A stretch of DNA of 64,000 bases from an uncultured Candidatus Saccharibacteria bacterium (GCA_937974295.1 CALBWN010000060.1:6728-70727); one strand, 5' to 3'. Shown: positions 16,600-27,236, counted from the stretch's first letter. Numbers and translations are program-made. The notes: generated by a model not told the origin, from the sequence alone.

Positions 16600-18321
16600 A
16601 TGCGATTATCACACACCTTCACCCGTACCCGCAAACAAGCCCCCGCCGATGAGGTGGCGCACAACGCCCAGCTGCTAATTCGCGCTGGCTACGTGCACAA
16701 GACGATGGCCGGCGTCTATTCCTACACGCCGCTGGGCCTGGCCGTGCTCGAGAATATCAAGCAGATTGTCCGCGAAGAAATGAACCGCATCAGCAGCCAA
16801 GAACTGCTGATGAGCACCCTGCAGCGCCAGGAGCTCTGGCAGGAGACCGGCCGCTGGAGCGATGAGCTGGTGGATGTGTGGTTTAAGTCGCACCTGCAGG
16901 ATGGCACTGAGGTCGGCTTTGGCTGGACGCACGAGGAGCCGATTATCGAACTGCTGCGCAGCTACCTCAAAAGCTACAAAGACCTACCTATCAGCGTTTA
17001 CCAATTCCAGAACAAACTCCGCAACGAGCTGCGCGCCAAGAGTGGCATCATGCGCGGGCGTGAGTTTATCATGAAGGATATGTACAGCATCCACGCTAGC
17101 AAGGAGGATTTGGAGGCCTACTACCAAGCGGTTATCGAGGCCTATAAGCGCTGCTACCACCGCTTTGGCCTGGGGGACGACACCTATGTTACCTTTGCCA
17201 GCGGTGGGGCGTTTACTAAGTTTAGCCACGAATTCCAGACGATTTGCGCGGCGGGTGAGGACGATATTTTCATCGTGCCAAGTACGAATGTTGCCTATAA
17301 CGCCGAAGTTGCACCAGTGCGTGCAACGCCGAACCCGGATGCTGGTGCTGTCATGAAACCATTAGGCATGTTAGATGACGAAAATATCATCGGTGCGGAA
17401 GCACTGACGAAAGCGCTGGACATTCCGCGCACAGCTAGCACTAAGTCAATGTTGTACGATTCGCCAGATGGTATGTTGCTGGCGGTCGTACGGAGCGACT
17501 ATGAAATCAACGAAGATAAGCTTAAGGCGGTGGCGAACGTATCGTGGCTTCGCTTGGCGGATGGTGAACAGATTGAGGCAACAACAGGGGCGAAGCTCGG
17601 CTTTGCTGGGCTATATAATCTACCTGAGAATGTGCGGCTGTTTGTCGATGATTCATGTGAAGATATGGTGAACTTTGAAACTGGTGCCAATAAAACTGGT
17701 CAGCATGCCTATAACGCTAACTGGGGCCGTGATATACCGCGACCAACTGAGTTCGTCGAGATTAAACTCGCGAAAGAAGGTGATATTTCGCCTGAGACTG
17801 GCGAAGTCTACCAAAAACGTCGCACGGCCGAGGTGGGCAATATCTTCAACTTTGGTACCCAAAAATCAGAGGAGATGGGCCTGGTCTTTACCGGTGAGGA
17901 CGGCCGCCAGCACCACGCCTACATGGGCAGCTACGGCATTGGTATCACCCGCGTGATGGGCGTGATTGTAGAGAAATTCGCTGACGACAAGGGCCTGGTG
18001 TGGCCCGAGGAAGTAGCCCCAGCCCGCGTGCACCTGGTGCAGATTGGCAAGGAATCGGTCGCAGCAGCAGATGAGCTCTACGACACACTACAGCAGGCTG
18101 GCATTACGGTGCTGTATGACGACCGCGCCGCCCGCCCCGGGGAGAAATTTGCCGACGCCGAATTACTCGGCATGCCAACCCGCGTCACGGTGAGCGATCG
18201 GCTGCTCGAGGCAGGAGAGTGGGAGGTTGTAGACCGCCGGACGGGTGAGCAGCAGCGCTTGACGACGAGCCAATTGCTTGCTACACTAGGTAACCATTGC
18301 GGAGCTTGTCGCAAGGCATAG
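16600..18321 (+). CDS. proS: Prolyl-tRNA synthetase with INS (YbaK-like) editing domain
   Basis: QLLIRAGYV..WTHEE..RNELRAKSGIMRGREF..EVGNIF..MGSYGIGITR..PGEKFADAELLG. Confidence 0.97.
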   Translation: MRLSHTFTRTRKQAPADEVAHNAQLLIRAGYVHKTMAGVYSYTPLGLAVLENIKQIVREEMNRISSQELLMSTLQRQELWQETGRWSDELVDVWFKSHLQDGTEVGFGWTHEEPIIELLRSYLKSYKDLPISVYQFQNKLRNELRAKSGIMRGREFIMKDMYSIHASKEDLEAYYQAVIEAYKRCYHRFGLGDDTYVTFASGGAFTKFSHEFQTICAAGEDDIFIVPSTNVAYNAEVAPVRATPNPDAGAVMKPLGMLDDENIIGAEALTKALDIPRTASTKSMLYDSPDGMLLAVVRSDYEINEDKLKAVANVSWLRLADGEQIEATTGAKLGFAGLYNLPENVRLFVDDSCEDMVNFETGANKTGQHAYNANWGRDIPRPTEFVEIKLAKEGDISPETGEVYQKRRTAEVGNIFNFGTQKSEEMGLVFTGEDGRQHHAYMGSYGIGITRVMGVIVEKFADDKGLVWPEEVAPARVHLVQIGKESVAAADELYDTLQQAGITVLYDDRAARPGEKFADAELLGMPTRVTVSDRLLEAGEWEVVDRRTGEQQRLTTSQLLATLGNHCGACRKA

Positions 18322-18372
18322 CCATGCCCCTGGCTTGCCCCACCGACTTTGCAAGAAAGGAGTATGAAGATA

Positions 18373-18831
18373 ATGAAAAAAACTTACCAGATTACTGATG
18401 CTGGCCGCCAAGAGCTCGAGGCAGAGCTGGAGGAGCTGAAGGGCCGCCGCGGCGAGATTGCCGAGAAGATTGCTGAGGCCCGCGACTACGGCGACCTGAG
18501 CGAAAACGCCGAGTACGACAGCGCCCGCGAGGAGCAGGGCGTAGTGGAAACGCGCATTGCCGAGATCGAGGAGATCTTGCTCAATGCCGAGCAGATCACC
18601 GCCCCAAGCACCGGCGCCATCCACCTGGGTAGCACCGTCTCCCTCGCCTCAGACGCTGGGCTGGAGAAGACCTACACAGTGGTAGGGCCGGTTGAGGCCG
18701 ACCCGTTGGAGAATAAGATCAGCGATGAATCACCCCTTGGCCAAGCCTTGCTGGGCCATCGCGCAGGCGAGCAGGTGACGATCACTACCCCCAAGGGCGA
18801 GATTACCTACACCATCCAGCAAGTGCAATAA
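18373..18831 (+). CDS. greA: Transcription elongation factor GreA
   Basis: ARDYGDLSENAEYDSA..ISDESPLGQALLG. AAGGAG upstream. Confidence 0.97.
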   Translation: MKKTYQITDAGRQELEAELEELKGRRGEIAEKIAEARDYGDLSENAEYDSAREEQGVVETRIAEIEEILLNAEQITAPSTGAIHLGSTVSLASDAGLEKTYTVVGPVEADPLENKISDESPLGQALLGHRAGEQVTITTPKGEITYTIQQVQ

Positions 18832-18850
18832 GCGTATCTCAAGATAATAG

Positions 18851-18879
18851 GCCGAGCAGTGTGAGCTGCTCGGTTTTTT
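18851..18879 (+). terminator. Intrinsic terminator after greA
   Basis: GCCGAGCAG/CTGCTCGGT plus T-run. Confidence 0.8.
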
Positions 18880-19195
18880 GTTGGCAACTGGCAGAGGTAG
18901 GGGTTGATTCGCACATGGCGCATGTCTCTGGCTCTTGTGGTTTATTTATGGTGTGCGTTTGCCTTTCTCCTATTGCATTTGCTTGATGGCACGAGAAAGC
19001 TCATGGTGAGTAACTGACCTCTGATCTTGGCATGAGAAAGGCGCAAATATACGTAGAAAGCTCAGCCTAATAGTGCTCAATCTGTGGGCAATGTACAAGA
19101 ATCATCCTCAACCATAAGCAATTCACCATCATTGCATTATCGTCTATGTTATGCTATGATAGAGGATCAACCATAATAGCCCAAGGAGACCGACG

Positions 19196-19843
19196 ATGGC
19201 TCGATACACACCACGACACGCACGTTACTCCCACAAGAAGCATACACATAATTGGCTAAACCATGAGCATAATCAGCCGAAATCTCAGCACGATACACCC
19301 TTAGCGCTGCGGCGGCTCACTGCACTGACGACAGCTGCTGCAGCGCTGATTGGTGGTGGCTATCTTGGCCATCAGCACTACCATCATGGCGAGAAAACCC
19401 TGGTCGCGGTGGCGCACCCTACCTCTGGTGAGTTGGCAGAGTATGCAGAGAGCCCCTTTGTGACCGACCCGGCTACTGGCGAGACGCATTGCCGCGATAC
19501 AACCCGCCAAGAGATATCTGTGACGGCAGAGAAGCCACAAACAACCATCACAAACCCTGATGGCAGCACGACGCGGCTTACGATGATTACCTTCTCGACC
19601 AGTGCACAAGAGCGGACACAAGCGACACTGGTGTATCCATCCAGCGCAGAAGGTGAGCCGCAGCAGGTGCCAATTGCCATTGCAACTGGCCCAAGCAAGA
19701 CTGGCAAGGGTGGCTGGAATATGACGACATCACCCCACATCGGGCGTACGGGTGCAAAGACACAGGCCTCGACGACTGCAGCTGGCCCTGGCGCACACGC
19801 AATTGCCTGCGCACCGCCACCTACTTCTTCGCAATCAAAATAG
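19196..19843 (+). CDS. Orphan single-pass membrane/secreted protein
   Basis: Own promoter TTGCAT-17-TATGAT and AAGGAG RBS. His/Arg-rich N-terminus, one TM, Thr-rich domain with two Cys. Confidence 0.7.
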   Translation: MARYTPRHARYSHKKHTHNWLNHEHNQPKSQHDTPLALRRLTALTTAAAALIGGGYLGHQHYHHGEKTLVAVAHPTSGELAEYAESPFVTDPATGETHCRDTTRQEISVTAEKPQTTITNPDGSTTRLTMITFSTSAQERTQATLVYPSSAEGEPQQVPIAIATGPSKTGKGGWNMTTSPHIGRTGAKTQASTTAAGPGAHAIACAPPPTSSQSK

Positions 19844-19955
19844 GGGAGAGATTGGCTGCTGTGCGTCGCACTGCGCTGAGAACTTGGTGGAGCAGAGCGG
19901 AAGCTGTCGTCCTAGTCGACAACCATCCCATTCTCCGCTATAATAGCAAGCAATT

Positions 19956-21461
19956 ATGGCGACATTACAAGATTACCGAAACGAACGATTACGAAAATTA
20001 GCAGCGCTGCGCGAGCTCGGCCTTGACCCCTACCCAGCACATACTGAGCGCACACACGATTGTGCGACAGTGGTCTCGCAGTACGATGAACTGGCTGGCC
20101 AGGAGATATCGGTGGCGGGGCGTGTGCTGTCTATCCGCAGCTTTGGTAAATTGGCCTTCATTAAGCTGCAAGACGCGAGTGGCGAAGTGCAGCTCTACCT
20201 GCAGCGCGATACGATGGCCGAGCTCGACGCTCCGCGCGGTATCCTTGGTATGAAGCAGCTGCGGCTGCTTGATACCGGCGATTTTGTCGAGGCGACGGGC
20301 ACGGTGCTGCGGACGAAGACGGGTGAGATTTCGGTGGGGGTGCGCGAGCTGCGCTTGCTGACCAAAACCCTGCGGCCACTGCCAGAAAAGCTGGAGAATA
20401 AAGAAGAGCGTTTCCGCCGCCGTTATGTGGATATGAATGTTAACCCGGCGGTGCGCCAGCGCTTTTACCGCCGCAGCACGTTCTGGCAGGCGACGCGCGA
20501 TTACCTCAACCAACACGGCTTTACTGAGGTCAACGTGCCGGTGCTGGAGCACACCACCGGTGGGGCGGATGCCAACCCGTTTGTGACCCACATGGACGCG
20601 CTGGACGGCCAGCAGTTCTACCTGCGGATTAGCCACGAGCTGCCGCTCAAGCGCCTGCTGGGGGCAGGGTTCGAGAAGGTGTATGACATTGGCCCGCGCT
20701 TTCGCAACGAGAATTATTCGGACGAGCACCTACCCGAGCATATCGCCATGGAGTGGTACGCCGCCTATTGGGACTGGCAGCGGGGCATGCGCTTTATGGA
20801 AGACATGTACAAGTATGTGCTGGAGCGAACCTTTGGTACGCTGCAGTTTACCCTGGGCGAGTTTGAGGTCGATATGAGCGGCCAGTGGCAGGTGTGGGAC
20901 TATGCCGAGGTGATCCATAAGCATTATCATATTGATGTATATAATACGACGATTGAGGAAGTTGCTGCTAAGCTGAAAGAACATGGCCTAGAGGTAGAGA
21001 AGACCGATTCCATCCCGCGCGGCATCGATAAACTGTGGAAGAATATCCGTAAAGGCGTGGCTGGGCCCGTCTGGCTGGTTAATACGCCGAAGTTTATCAG
21101 CCCGCTGTCTAAAACCAACCCGGATAACCCGCAAACGGTGGAGCGTTTCCAGCCGGTGATTGCTGGCAGCGAGCTTGGCAATGGCTTTAGCGAGCTGAAT
21201 GACCCGATCGACCAGCTGAACCGCTTTGTGGAGCAGCAGCAAATGCGCGATGCGGGCGACGAGGAAGCCATGATGCTAGATATCGACTACGTGGAGATGC
21301 TGGAATACGGCATGCCGCCGGCCTGTGGCTGGGGCTTTAGCGAGCGCGTCTTCTGGATCTTCGAAGGCGTCACGGCGCGTGAGGGTGTGCCATTCCCACA
21401 GCTACGTCATGAGATTGATGAGACAACGCGGGCGGTGTATTCAGGGGTGAAGCTGGATTAG
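19956..21461 (+). CDS. lysS: Lysyl-tRNA synthetase (class II)
   Basis: OB-fold N-terminus; GGADANPFVTH..YLRIS.ELPLKRL..FRNE..ELGNGFSELNDP..LEYGMPP. Confidence 0.98.
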   Translation: MATLQDYRNERLRKLAALRELGLDPYPAHTERTHDCATVVSQYDELAGQEISVAGRVLSIRSFGKLAFIKLQDASGEVQLYLQRDTMAELDAPRGILGMKQLRLLDTGDFVEATGTVLRTKTGEISVGVRELRLLTKTLRPLPEKLENKEERFRRRYVDMNVNPAVRQRFYRRSTFWQATRDYLNQHGFTEVNVPVLEHTTGGADANPFVTHMDALDGQQFYLRISHELPLKRLLGAGFEKVYDIGPRFRNENYSDEHLPEHIAMEWYAAYWDWQRGMRFMEDMYKYVLERTFGTLQFTLGEFEVDMSGQWQVWDYAEVIHKHYHIDVYNTTIEEVAAKLKEHGLEVEKTDSIPRGIDKLWKNIRKGVAGPVWLVNTPKFISPLSKTNPDNPQTVERFQPVIAGSELGNGFSELNDPIDQLNRFVEQQQMRDAGDEEAMMLDIDYVEMLEYGMPPACGWGFSERVFWIFEGVTAREGVPFPQLRHEIDETTRAVYSGVKLD

Positions 21462-21850
21462 GGTGGTAGCTGGGGCTATTAGCGCCTCGCATACTATACT
21501 CGTGCGAGGTGAGTGTGGGATTGCAGTAGCACATAGATAGGCTAGTTGTGTACCATCGTGCACGATTTGTACAATAAGCGTGTTAGCTATGATATAAGCA
21601 CAGAAATAGCAAAATGCTCATTATTTTGGGCTGAATCTGGCTCAAGCAATAATTGGTAAGGTCTGATTGGTAATGCGCGTAATGAATACAAAAACATCCT
21701 TGCTGTGATGCAAAAGCTAGTGCGTGTAGTATGAGCAGAGAAATGCTAGAAGGGGAGACTATAGACTGCCGCGGTATGGTCACGAGAGCCCGTTTACACA
21801 AAACGAAACCACCAGCAAGATCTGGTTTTTTACATGCTCACCGCTGCGAG

Positions 21851-24223
21851 TTAGCCCGATACGCTGGGTGGCCGTGGTGGTGGGCTGCTTGGCGCGGGTC
21901 GTGGTGATGTGGGGTGCGAGGCACCGCTCTGAACGGCGATGGACGTGCCGCGGCTGGGTGCTGCACTGGCGCGGCGCGGCGGCGGAGTGGTGGTGCGCGG
22001 TGGAGCGCTCATTGCAAGGCCGCCCAGGCCACTGCTGGCTGATGAGCCACCTGCGGGTGGTGTGCTGCTTGGCGGAGGGGGTGTGCCGCTACCACCACTC
22101 GGGCTTGGTGGCCCACCAGGAGGGGTGTTGCTATCTTTGCTACCTAGCTGCGTGGCGGCAGCATTCTTAGCGCGATAACGCCGGATGAGGTAGAGGATGA
22201 GCGCAGCAATGCCAACTAAGAGAGCAAGCAGCGAGATAAGGATGAAGACCCACAGTGGCTTGTCTTCGCCAGCGAGAAACTTGTCTAGGGTGACCTTGCC
22301 AATGTGGCGCACCATTGGTGGCTGCTTCTTCTCATCGGGCTTTTTGTCGGTGCGGCATTCTGACCAAATGGCATCGGGGTAGGCGGTGGCCAGCAAGTAC
22401 CATGCGGTCGAGGCCACAGAGTAAGCATTCGTCATCTGGTTGGCTTCGTCGACATTGGTAACGTAGGGCCAAGCACCGTTAGCCCCTTGGGAGCGGTACG
22501 TTCGCTGGGCGCTGGCAGCGACTTCGTCTTTGTTGCCTGCGACGTTGTAGGCCTGAGTGACGCCGAATGTCCCTTCGAACCAGACGGTGGGGGTGTACGT
22601 GCCAGTGAGGTATGGAGTGTAACCCTGAGACCCGGCGCGGCTCATGGCAAAGTTGCGCGTGTAGGCTAGCGAGACCTTGGCTTTGTCGTACTCGCCGATT
22701 GCGTTGAGGAAGATCGAGCCCCAGCTGGAGGTGTCCAGCGCTTTGGCGTGGTCGTCAAGCCCTTGGTCGAAGCGGTTCTCGGCTTTGTTCCACAGCTTCT
22801 CCATAATGACTTTGGCCAGACTGTCGGCCTCTTGGCGGTAGCTAGCGTCGCCGTAGACTTGCGAGGCTCGCTCGTACACATGCCAGAGGTCGGTATTGTG
22901 CTCGGTGGAGTGCCAGGCGATCTCGAACTGCTTGTTGTTGTCATCGTCATTGATATTCGTGCCACCGCGGTAGAGGCCAGCACCAGGGCCGGATGTACTT
23001 TTCTTAGTCTTGACCCAGGCCAGGGCAGAGCGCACCATGCTGCTGACACCATTGATATCACCAAACTTCTCTTGGTAACGGATGAGCGCATAGAGGACGA
23101 AGGCTACACCGCCAGTATAATAGCGCGCCTGCTGGTTACTGGGGTCGAGCTGGTGGGCGCTGGAGGGAAAGGCACCACGCGACCGACCGGATTTGATCTG
23201 GATGGTCTTGAAGCCATTGACGAGCTGGTCTGCCATCGCTTTGTCGCCCGCACCAACCGCCACGAGCAGTGCCAGCGATTGATCGTACATAAATGAATAG
23301 TGCACGCGATGAGTGCCGTAACCATCCTGGCCAGGCGAGAACTCGTACGAGCGGATTAGTCCTGCCAGCTGTGGCTGGAAGTACTCGGCGAGGATCTTAT
23401 TGCTGCGCGTATCCACCAGGCGCAGCATCTTGTGACCCTTCTCAGTGCCGGGGAAGCTAAAGGTGCGGTTGGTGTTGGCGGCTTGCTTGGCAACGAGGTA
23501 GGTTTGGTCGGTAATGACGTAGGATTGGATCTCGACATTTTGGTACTCAGTGACGCGTGGCCAGCTCTCGCCGAGAGGTTGGCCGCTACTGGCATCGTAG
23601 AGACGGAAGCGCCACTCACCACCAATGCTGCCATCAACTGGCGAGAGGTCGAGTGTCCAGCTGCCGTCACTCTGCACCTGGGCAGGGGTAACCTTGCCTT
23701 GCTCATACTCGGCATCTGTAGCGCGAAAGGCCTTGACGACGCGGCTGCCACCGGTGGGTGCCTTGCCCGAGACTTTGCCACGGTAGTTACTCGGCACAGA
23801 TGATGGTGAGGTGACAGAGAGAGGCGTGGGGTTGCCAGTGGCATAGCTGCCACTGTTCTTGAGCTGGAATGAGCCCTTTATCTCGCCAGTGTAGTCAGTG
23901 CCGTACTGCTTGGCGGCGGTGATGGTGCTGCCATCGCCAGCGTTGCGGATGGGCTGCATGAGGCCGCGAAGGTTGGCGAGGGCCTTGGCAGCGCGGGCTT
24001 TGTCGGTGGGGGAGCTCAGCGCTGTAGTCTTGAAGCGCATTGTGTTGGGGTCGCAGATGTCGGGCTTATCGTCTTTTTTGGTGGATGAGTTGGAATTTGT
24101 AGCGGGCTCGGCCACTGCTACCTGGTGCAGCTGCACAAAGCCAATTGCCAGTACCACCACTGCTGCCACGCCTGCAAACCGGAAATGCGTCCAATATCGT
24201 CTCACTCCTGCTATACTCCTCAC
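21851..24223 (-). CDS. Surface-anchored six-hairpin glycosidase-like protein with C-terminal TM and Pro/Ser-rich tail
   Basis: N-terminal signal; YDQSLA..YTGGVAF..STEHNTD..ALDTSSW..VWFEGT motifs typical of (alpha/alpha)6 glycosidase-like folds; TM near C-terminus. Confidence 0.7.
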   Translation of the reverse strand: MRSIAGVRRYWTHFRFAGVAAVVVLAIGFVQLHQVAVAEPATNSNSSTKKDDKPDICDPNTMRFKTTALSSPTDKARAAKALANLRGLMQPIRNAGDGSTITAAKQYGTDYTGEIKGSFQLKNSGSYATGNPTPLSVTSPSSVPSNYRGKVSGKAPTGGSRVVKAFRATDAEYEQGKVTPAQVQSDGSWTLDLSPVDGSIGGEWRFRLYDASSGQPLGESWPRVTEYQNVEIQSYVITDQTYLVAKQAANTNRTFSFPGTEKGHKMLRLVDTRSNKILAEYFQPQLAGLIRSYEFSPGQDGYGTHRVHYSFMYDQSLALLVAVGAGDKAMADQLVNGFKTIQIKSGRSRGAFPSSAHQLDPSNQQARYYTGGVAFVLYALIRYQEKFGDINGVSSMVRSALAWVKTKKSTSGPGAGLYRGGTNINDDDNNKQFEIAWHSTEHNTDLWHVYERASQVYGDASYRQEADSLAKVIMEKLWNKAENRFDQGLDDHAKALDTSSWGSIFLNAIGEYDKAKVSLAYTRNFAMSRAGSQGYTPYLTGTYTPTVWFEGTFGVTQAYNVAGNKDEVAASAQRTYRSQGANGAWPYVTNVDEANQMTNAYSVASTAWYLLATAYPDAIWSECRTDKKPDEKKQPPMVRHIGKVTLDKFLAGEDKPLWVFILISLLALLVGIAALILYLIRRYRAKNAAATQLGSKDSNTPPGGPPSPSGGSGTPPPPSSTPPAGGSSASSGLGGLAMSAPPRTTTPPPRRASAAPSRGTSIAVQSGASHPTSPRPAPSSPPPRPPSVSG

Positions 24224-24559
24224 CTCGCCGATTAGTCGTTGGGTATTGCCTGTGAGTATAGCATAACCATTTGCAATATCACAGCATAAGCGGTATAGAT
24301 TGAACAGAGATTAACAGGGGTAGAAGGAAGTGATTGACGGGGATATTTGAGAATGAATAGACTAGTTGGTGGCAGCCAATTTTTGGCCTTGGCGCTGGTT
24401 GGCCGAGACCGACGAGAGGTTAATCCTGGCAAATATTCCATCGACAGGACAGTATAGCAGGCTGCGGTAAGGTGCAGGGTCTAGGCACTACATAGACCAG
24501 TGATCCTATGGGTGATGCTCGCGTTTGACATTCCTCGCTGCATGGCGCACAATCGATGT

Positions 24560-26407
24560 ATGAGAACGACACGCGTGATATCTGCGATTGGTGTCTGCTT
24601 GGTGCTGCTGGGCACCGCGCTCGGGGCAGTGCCAATGCAGGCCGATACATCGGTACGAGCCTATTCATCATCGAGCAGTAGTAAAGATAATTTCACCATT
24701 ACCAAATATGCGGTCGATATGGAGCTCGGGCGCGACAGCGAGAAGCGCTCCACCCTCAAGACGAAGCTCACCATTACGGCAAACTTCCCACCAGAACAGA
24801 ACCATGGCCTTGCGCCAGAGTTCGTCACGCAGTACAAGGGCCACCACACGAGTTTTGCGCTTGGCTCGGTGCAGGATGAGCATGGTAATGATTATGAGTA
24901 TAGTTGGTCGGGCAACACGCTGCGCATTGGCAACAAAGATACCTACGTCTCCGGTAGCAAGACATATGTCATTACCTATACTCAGCGCGATGTGACGTGG
25001 AACTATGGCGACACGCAAAAGAATGAATTCTACTGGGATGTGATTGGCACATCGTGGCGCGTGCCCATTAGCAATGCCACCGCCACGCTCAAGCTAAGCC
25101 CCGAGCTTGCCGCCATCAGCCGGACGACGCCGCAGTGTTACATTGGTAGACAAGGGAGCCGCACCACCTGTACCGTCACGTCACCAAGCGTCGACACCAT
25201 AACTGCCTCGGTGGGCTACCTTGCGCCATATGCTGGCATGACGCTAGCAGTAGGCTTCCCGCAGGGGACGTTTGCGGAATATAAAAAGACACCGGGGGAG
25301 GTGTTTCAAGAGCGGCTGGAGGCGCTTCTTCCACTTATATTCTTTGTGAGTATGCTGGTGCTGGGGTTGGTCTCAAGCTTAGTGTATTGGCTCTATCAGC
25401 GGGCGATTGGCCGGAGCAAGGAGCTAGGGACGATTGTGCCAGAATACCTGCCACCACCGAGCACAAGTGTGACAACAGCAGCGGAGATCGTGCGGCCATT
25501 CCGGATGGTGAAGGGCTCGGCTATGGCAGCGCAGATGATCGACTGGGCGGTGCGGCACTACATTCGTTTGATTGAGGTCAAGCCCAAGACGTTCTTCTCG
25601 CGGGCGCAGTACAAGCTCGAGGTTGTCAAGGATGTCAGCAGCCTCCACCCTGAGGAGCAAGAGATCCTGGGCGATATCTTTGGTCACCTGCCTGCGGTGG
25701 GAGAGCGCATCAACCTCAAGACGCTGCGCAACAATACCTCCTATGCCTTCCGCCTGAGTGATAATGCCAAGAAGCTCGATGAGCTCATCGACCACACGTA
25801 CAAGTTGCGCGACACAAGCCGGAAGGGCACACGGGGCTTCCGCATCCTTGCAGGTGTGCTGGGTGCCTTGGTGTTGGTACTGTGTGCAGCCACGATGTTT
25901 GTGCCATTCCTCAGCGGGCTGCAGTTCCTCTTCTTCCCAGGGGTCTTCATTGTGATTATCATTGGTAAGCTGGGCTTTGCTAAGCCACTGTCGGACAAAG
26001 GGCTGGCATTGCGCCGCTACCTGCTGGGGCTCAAGATGTATATCCGCTACGCCGAGGCCGACCGCCTACGCCTGCTGCAGAGCCCTGAGACTGCCGAGAA
26101 GGTGGATATTGGCGACCACGCTCAGCTCGTCAAACTCTACGAGCGGGTCTTGCCCTATGCTGTGCTCTTTGGCCAAGAGAAGCAGTGGAGCCAGCAGCTG
26201 GGGCAGTACTATGAGGAAGTAGGCACTCAGCCCGATTGGTATGCTGGCCACGGTGCCTTCAATGCAGCGATGTTTGTCTCGAGTATGAGTAGCTTGTCGA
26301 GCTCTACCTCTGTTGGCTCGAGTGACTTCTCGTCGTCGAGTGGCGGTTCGACTGGTGGTGGCTTCTCCGGCGGCGGTGGAGGTGGCGGAGGCGGCGGCGG
26401 GTGGTAG
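24560..26407 (+). CDS. DUF2207 family membrane protein
   Basis: NEFYWDVIGTSW..GLKMYIRYAEADRL..YERVLPYAVLFG..GGGFSGGGGGGGGGGGW. TTGACA-17-CACAAT 6 nt before ATG 24560. Confidence 0.93.
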   Translation: MRTTRVISAIGVCLVLLGTALGAVPMQADTSVRAYSSSSSSKDNFTITKYAVDMELGRDSEKRSTLKTKLTITANFPPEQNHGLAPEFVTQYKGHHTSFALGSVQDEHGNDYEYSWSGNTLRIGNKDTYVSGSKTYVITYTQRDVTWNYGDTQKNEFYWDVIGTSWRVPISNATATLKLSPELAAISRTTPQCYIGRQGSRTTCTVTSPSVDTITASVGYLAPYAGMTLAVGFPQGTFAEYKKTPGEVFQERLEALLPLIFFVSMLVLGLVSSLVYWLYQRAIGRSKELGTIVPEYLPPPSTSVTTAAEIVRPFRMVKGSAMAAQMIDWAVRHYIRLIEVKPKTFFSRAQYKLEVVKDVSSLHPEEQEILGDIFGHLPAVGERINLKTLRNNTSYAFRLSDNAKKLDELIDHTYKLRDTSRKGTRGFRILAGVLGALVLVLCAATMFVPFLSGLQFLFFPGVFIVIIIGKLGFAKPLSDKGLALRRYLLGLKMYIRYAEADRLRLLQSPETAEKVDIGDHAQLVKLYERVLPYAVLFGQEKQWSQQLGQYYEEVGTQPDWYAGHGAFNAAMFVSSMSSLSSSTSVGSSDFSSSSGGSTGGGFSGGGGGGGGGGGW

Positions 26408-26464
26408 AGCCCACTCGCCCCAGCGCGCAGCTATATCTCAACCCTTCTTTTACAACAACAAACA

Positions 26465-26493
26465 AGCGGCCACTCTCTCATAGTGGTCGCTTC
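26465..26493 (+). terminator. Hairpin terminator after DUF2207 gene
   Basis: AAGCGGCCACT/AGTGGTCGCTT. Confidence 0.6.
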
Positions 26494-26641
26494 TTGGTGC
26501 AAGAACAGAAAAGCAAGTTTGCCAAGAACATAGCCCACCAACCATGCTCAAACTGAATCCGGATATATCTCAATCCGAGAGTGCAAGACAGGCACTACGA
26601 TCAGATTGAAGCACGAATTACAGTGAGCTATGTTCGGTGGG

Positions 26642-26977
26642 CTAGGAGCTCTGACTTCGGCTCTTGCCCTCGCGCGCCTTGTGCCATCTTCTGCTGCGCC
26701 ATAAAGACACAAAGGAGAAGGTGGCGAAGACGCCTGACGCGTAGGTTATCATGAGGATGGCCATGTCAAACGGCAATCGTAGATTAATCTGCCTGTGATG
26801 CCACAGCCAAATACAGACGCTGCTTGAGATGACACAAATGACGACGTTCAAGAGTGTGTAACACTTGAGTGGTCTATAGTACTGGTGTCTCTCGAGGATA
26901 CTGCCGAGAAATCCACCGAATATAATCAGTGGCATCGAGAAGATCACAATGACCGAAGACCACGTCTCTGGTCTCAC
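26642..26977 (-). CDS. Small 3-TM hypothetical membrane protein
   Basis: GAAAGGAGGTG RBS 6 nt before GTG at 26977. Three hydrophobic segments and a basic tail. Confidence 0.7.
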   Translation of the reverse strand: MRPETWSSVIVIFSMPLIIFGGFLGSILERHQYYRPLKCYTLLNVVICVISSSVCIWLWHHRQINLRLPFDMAILMITYASGVFATFSFVSLWRSRRWHKAREGKSRSQSS

Positions 26978-27236
26978 TTTTCTCACCTCCTTTCAAGGTA
27001 AGCCCAAAGCCAGGAGCGACTCTTCACTCCAAGACAAACTTTGAGCAAAAAGTTGATATATATATCAATATATGATCTCTGTGTCAAATTTTGCCAGCTC
27101 GAGTCCCAAAATATCACTGTCAATAATCGTTCATGGCTTTTAGATACAAACTAGCGCACTCACCATTTTTCATTTCCGGCTTGGTGCTTTGTGGCGAACT
27201 TGGTATACTTGGTACGAGACATAAGGAAAACACATT

